DNA from: Camelus dromedarius
Taxonomy: Eukaryota
NCBI RefSeq assembly: GCF_036321535.1
Contig: NC_087437.1
Coordinates: 53,260,001 to 53,324,000 of the forward strand
Reading direction: 5' to 3'
DNA length: 64,000 nucleotides
The position numbers and the translations under genes are program-made. Shown piece by piece: positions 63,937 through 64,000 of this stretch. Each line of letters begins with the position of its first letter. The stretch's first letter is position 1. The notes beneath the pieces were generated by a model that made no database searches, had not been told where the DNA came from, and saw only the letters and a program-made list of their open reading frames with translations.

Positions 63937-64000
63937 GTTTTTATTTTTAATTTATTTTCTTCTGGGGGGGGGAAGGTAATCAGGTTTATTATCTTTTTAT
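63937..64000 (-). mobile_element. Probable 3' tail of a camelid SINE, cut by the window edge
   Basis: T-rich tail plus ggggggggaaggtaatcaggtttatt, resembling the recalled tail of long vic-1-type SINEs. Confidence 0.55.

Overview
Mammalian genomic DNA, most likely from a camelid. The evidence is a tRNA-Ala-derived vic-1-like SINE at 39597-39686, the tail of a second one at the window end, and camelid-type L1 3' ends; the CRYGS protein is artiodactyl-like. There are two protein-coding genes, both on the minus strand and in tandem. TBCCD1 has 6 coding exons (63810 to 50496) giving an intact 557-aa ORF, plus a probable 3'-UTR-only last exon starting at 48180; its non-coding first exon lies beyond the right edge. 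CRYGS (gamma-S crystallin) follows about 1.5 kb later, with 3 exons (45852 to 40338) encoding 178 aa, a TATA box, MARE/AP-1/SOX/HSE-like promoter motifs and an AATAAA. The left ~40 kb is intergenic and full of MIR, L2, L1, MaLR/ERV LTR and DNA-transposon relics; its ORFs look spurious. I found no evidence of a new gene-level system. The best second-look signals are an L1 3'-transduction with a nested in-register L1, a palindromic CTCF-like site between TBCCD1 and CRYGS, a perfect 21-bp hairpin in a TBCCD1 intron, a 70-bp dispersed duplication at an L1 tail, an ERVK-like solo LTR, and uORFs at both start codons. Repeat family names and ortholog comparisons come from recalled sequences rather than searches, and repeat boundaries are approximate.
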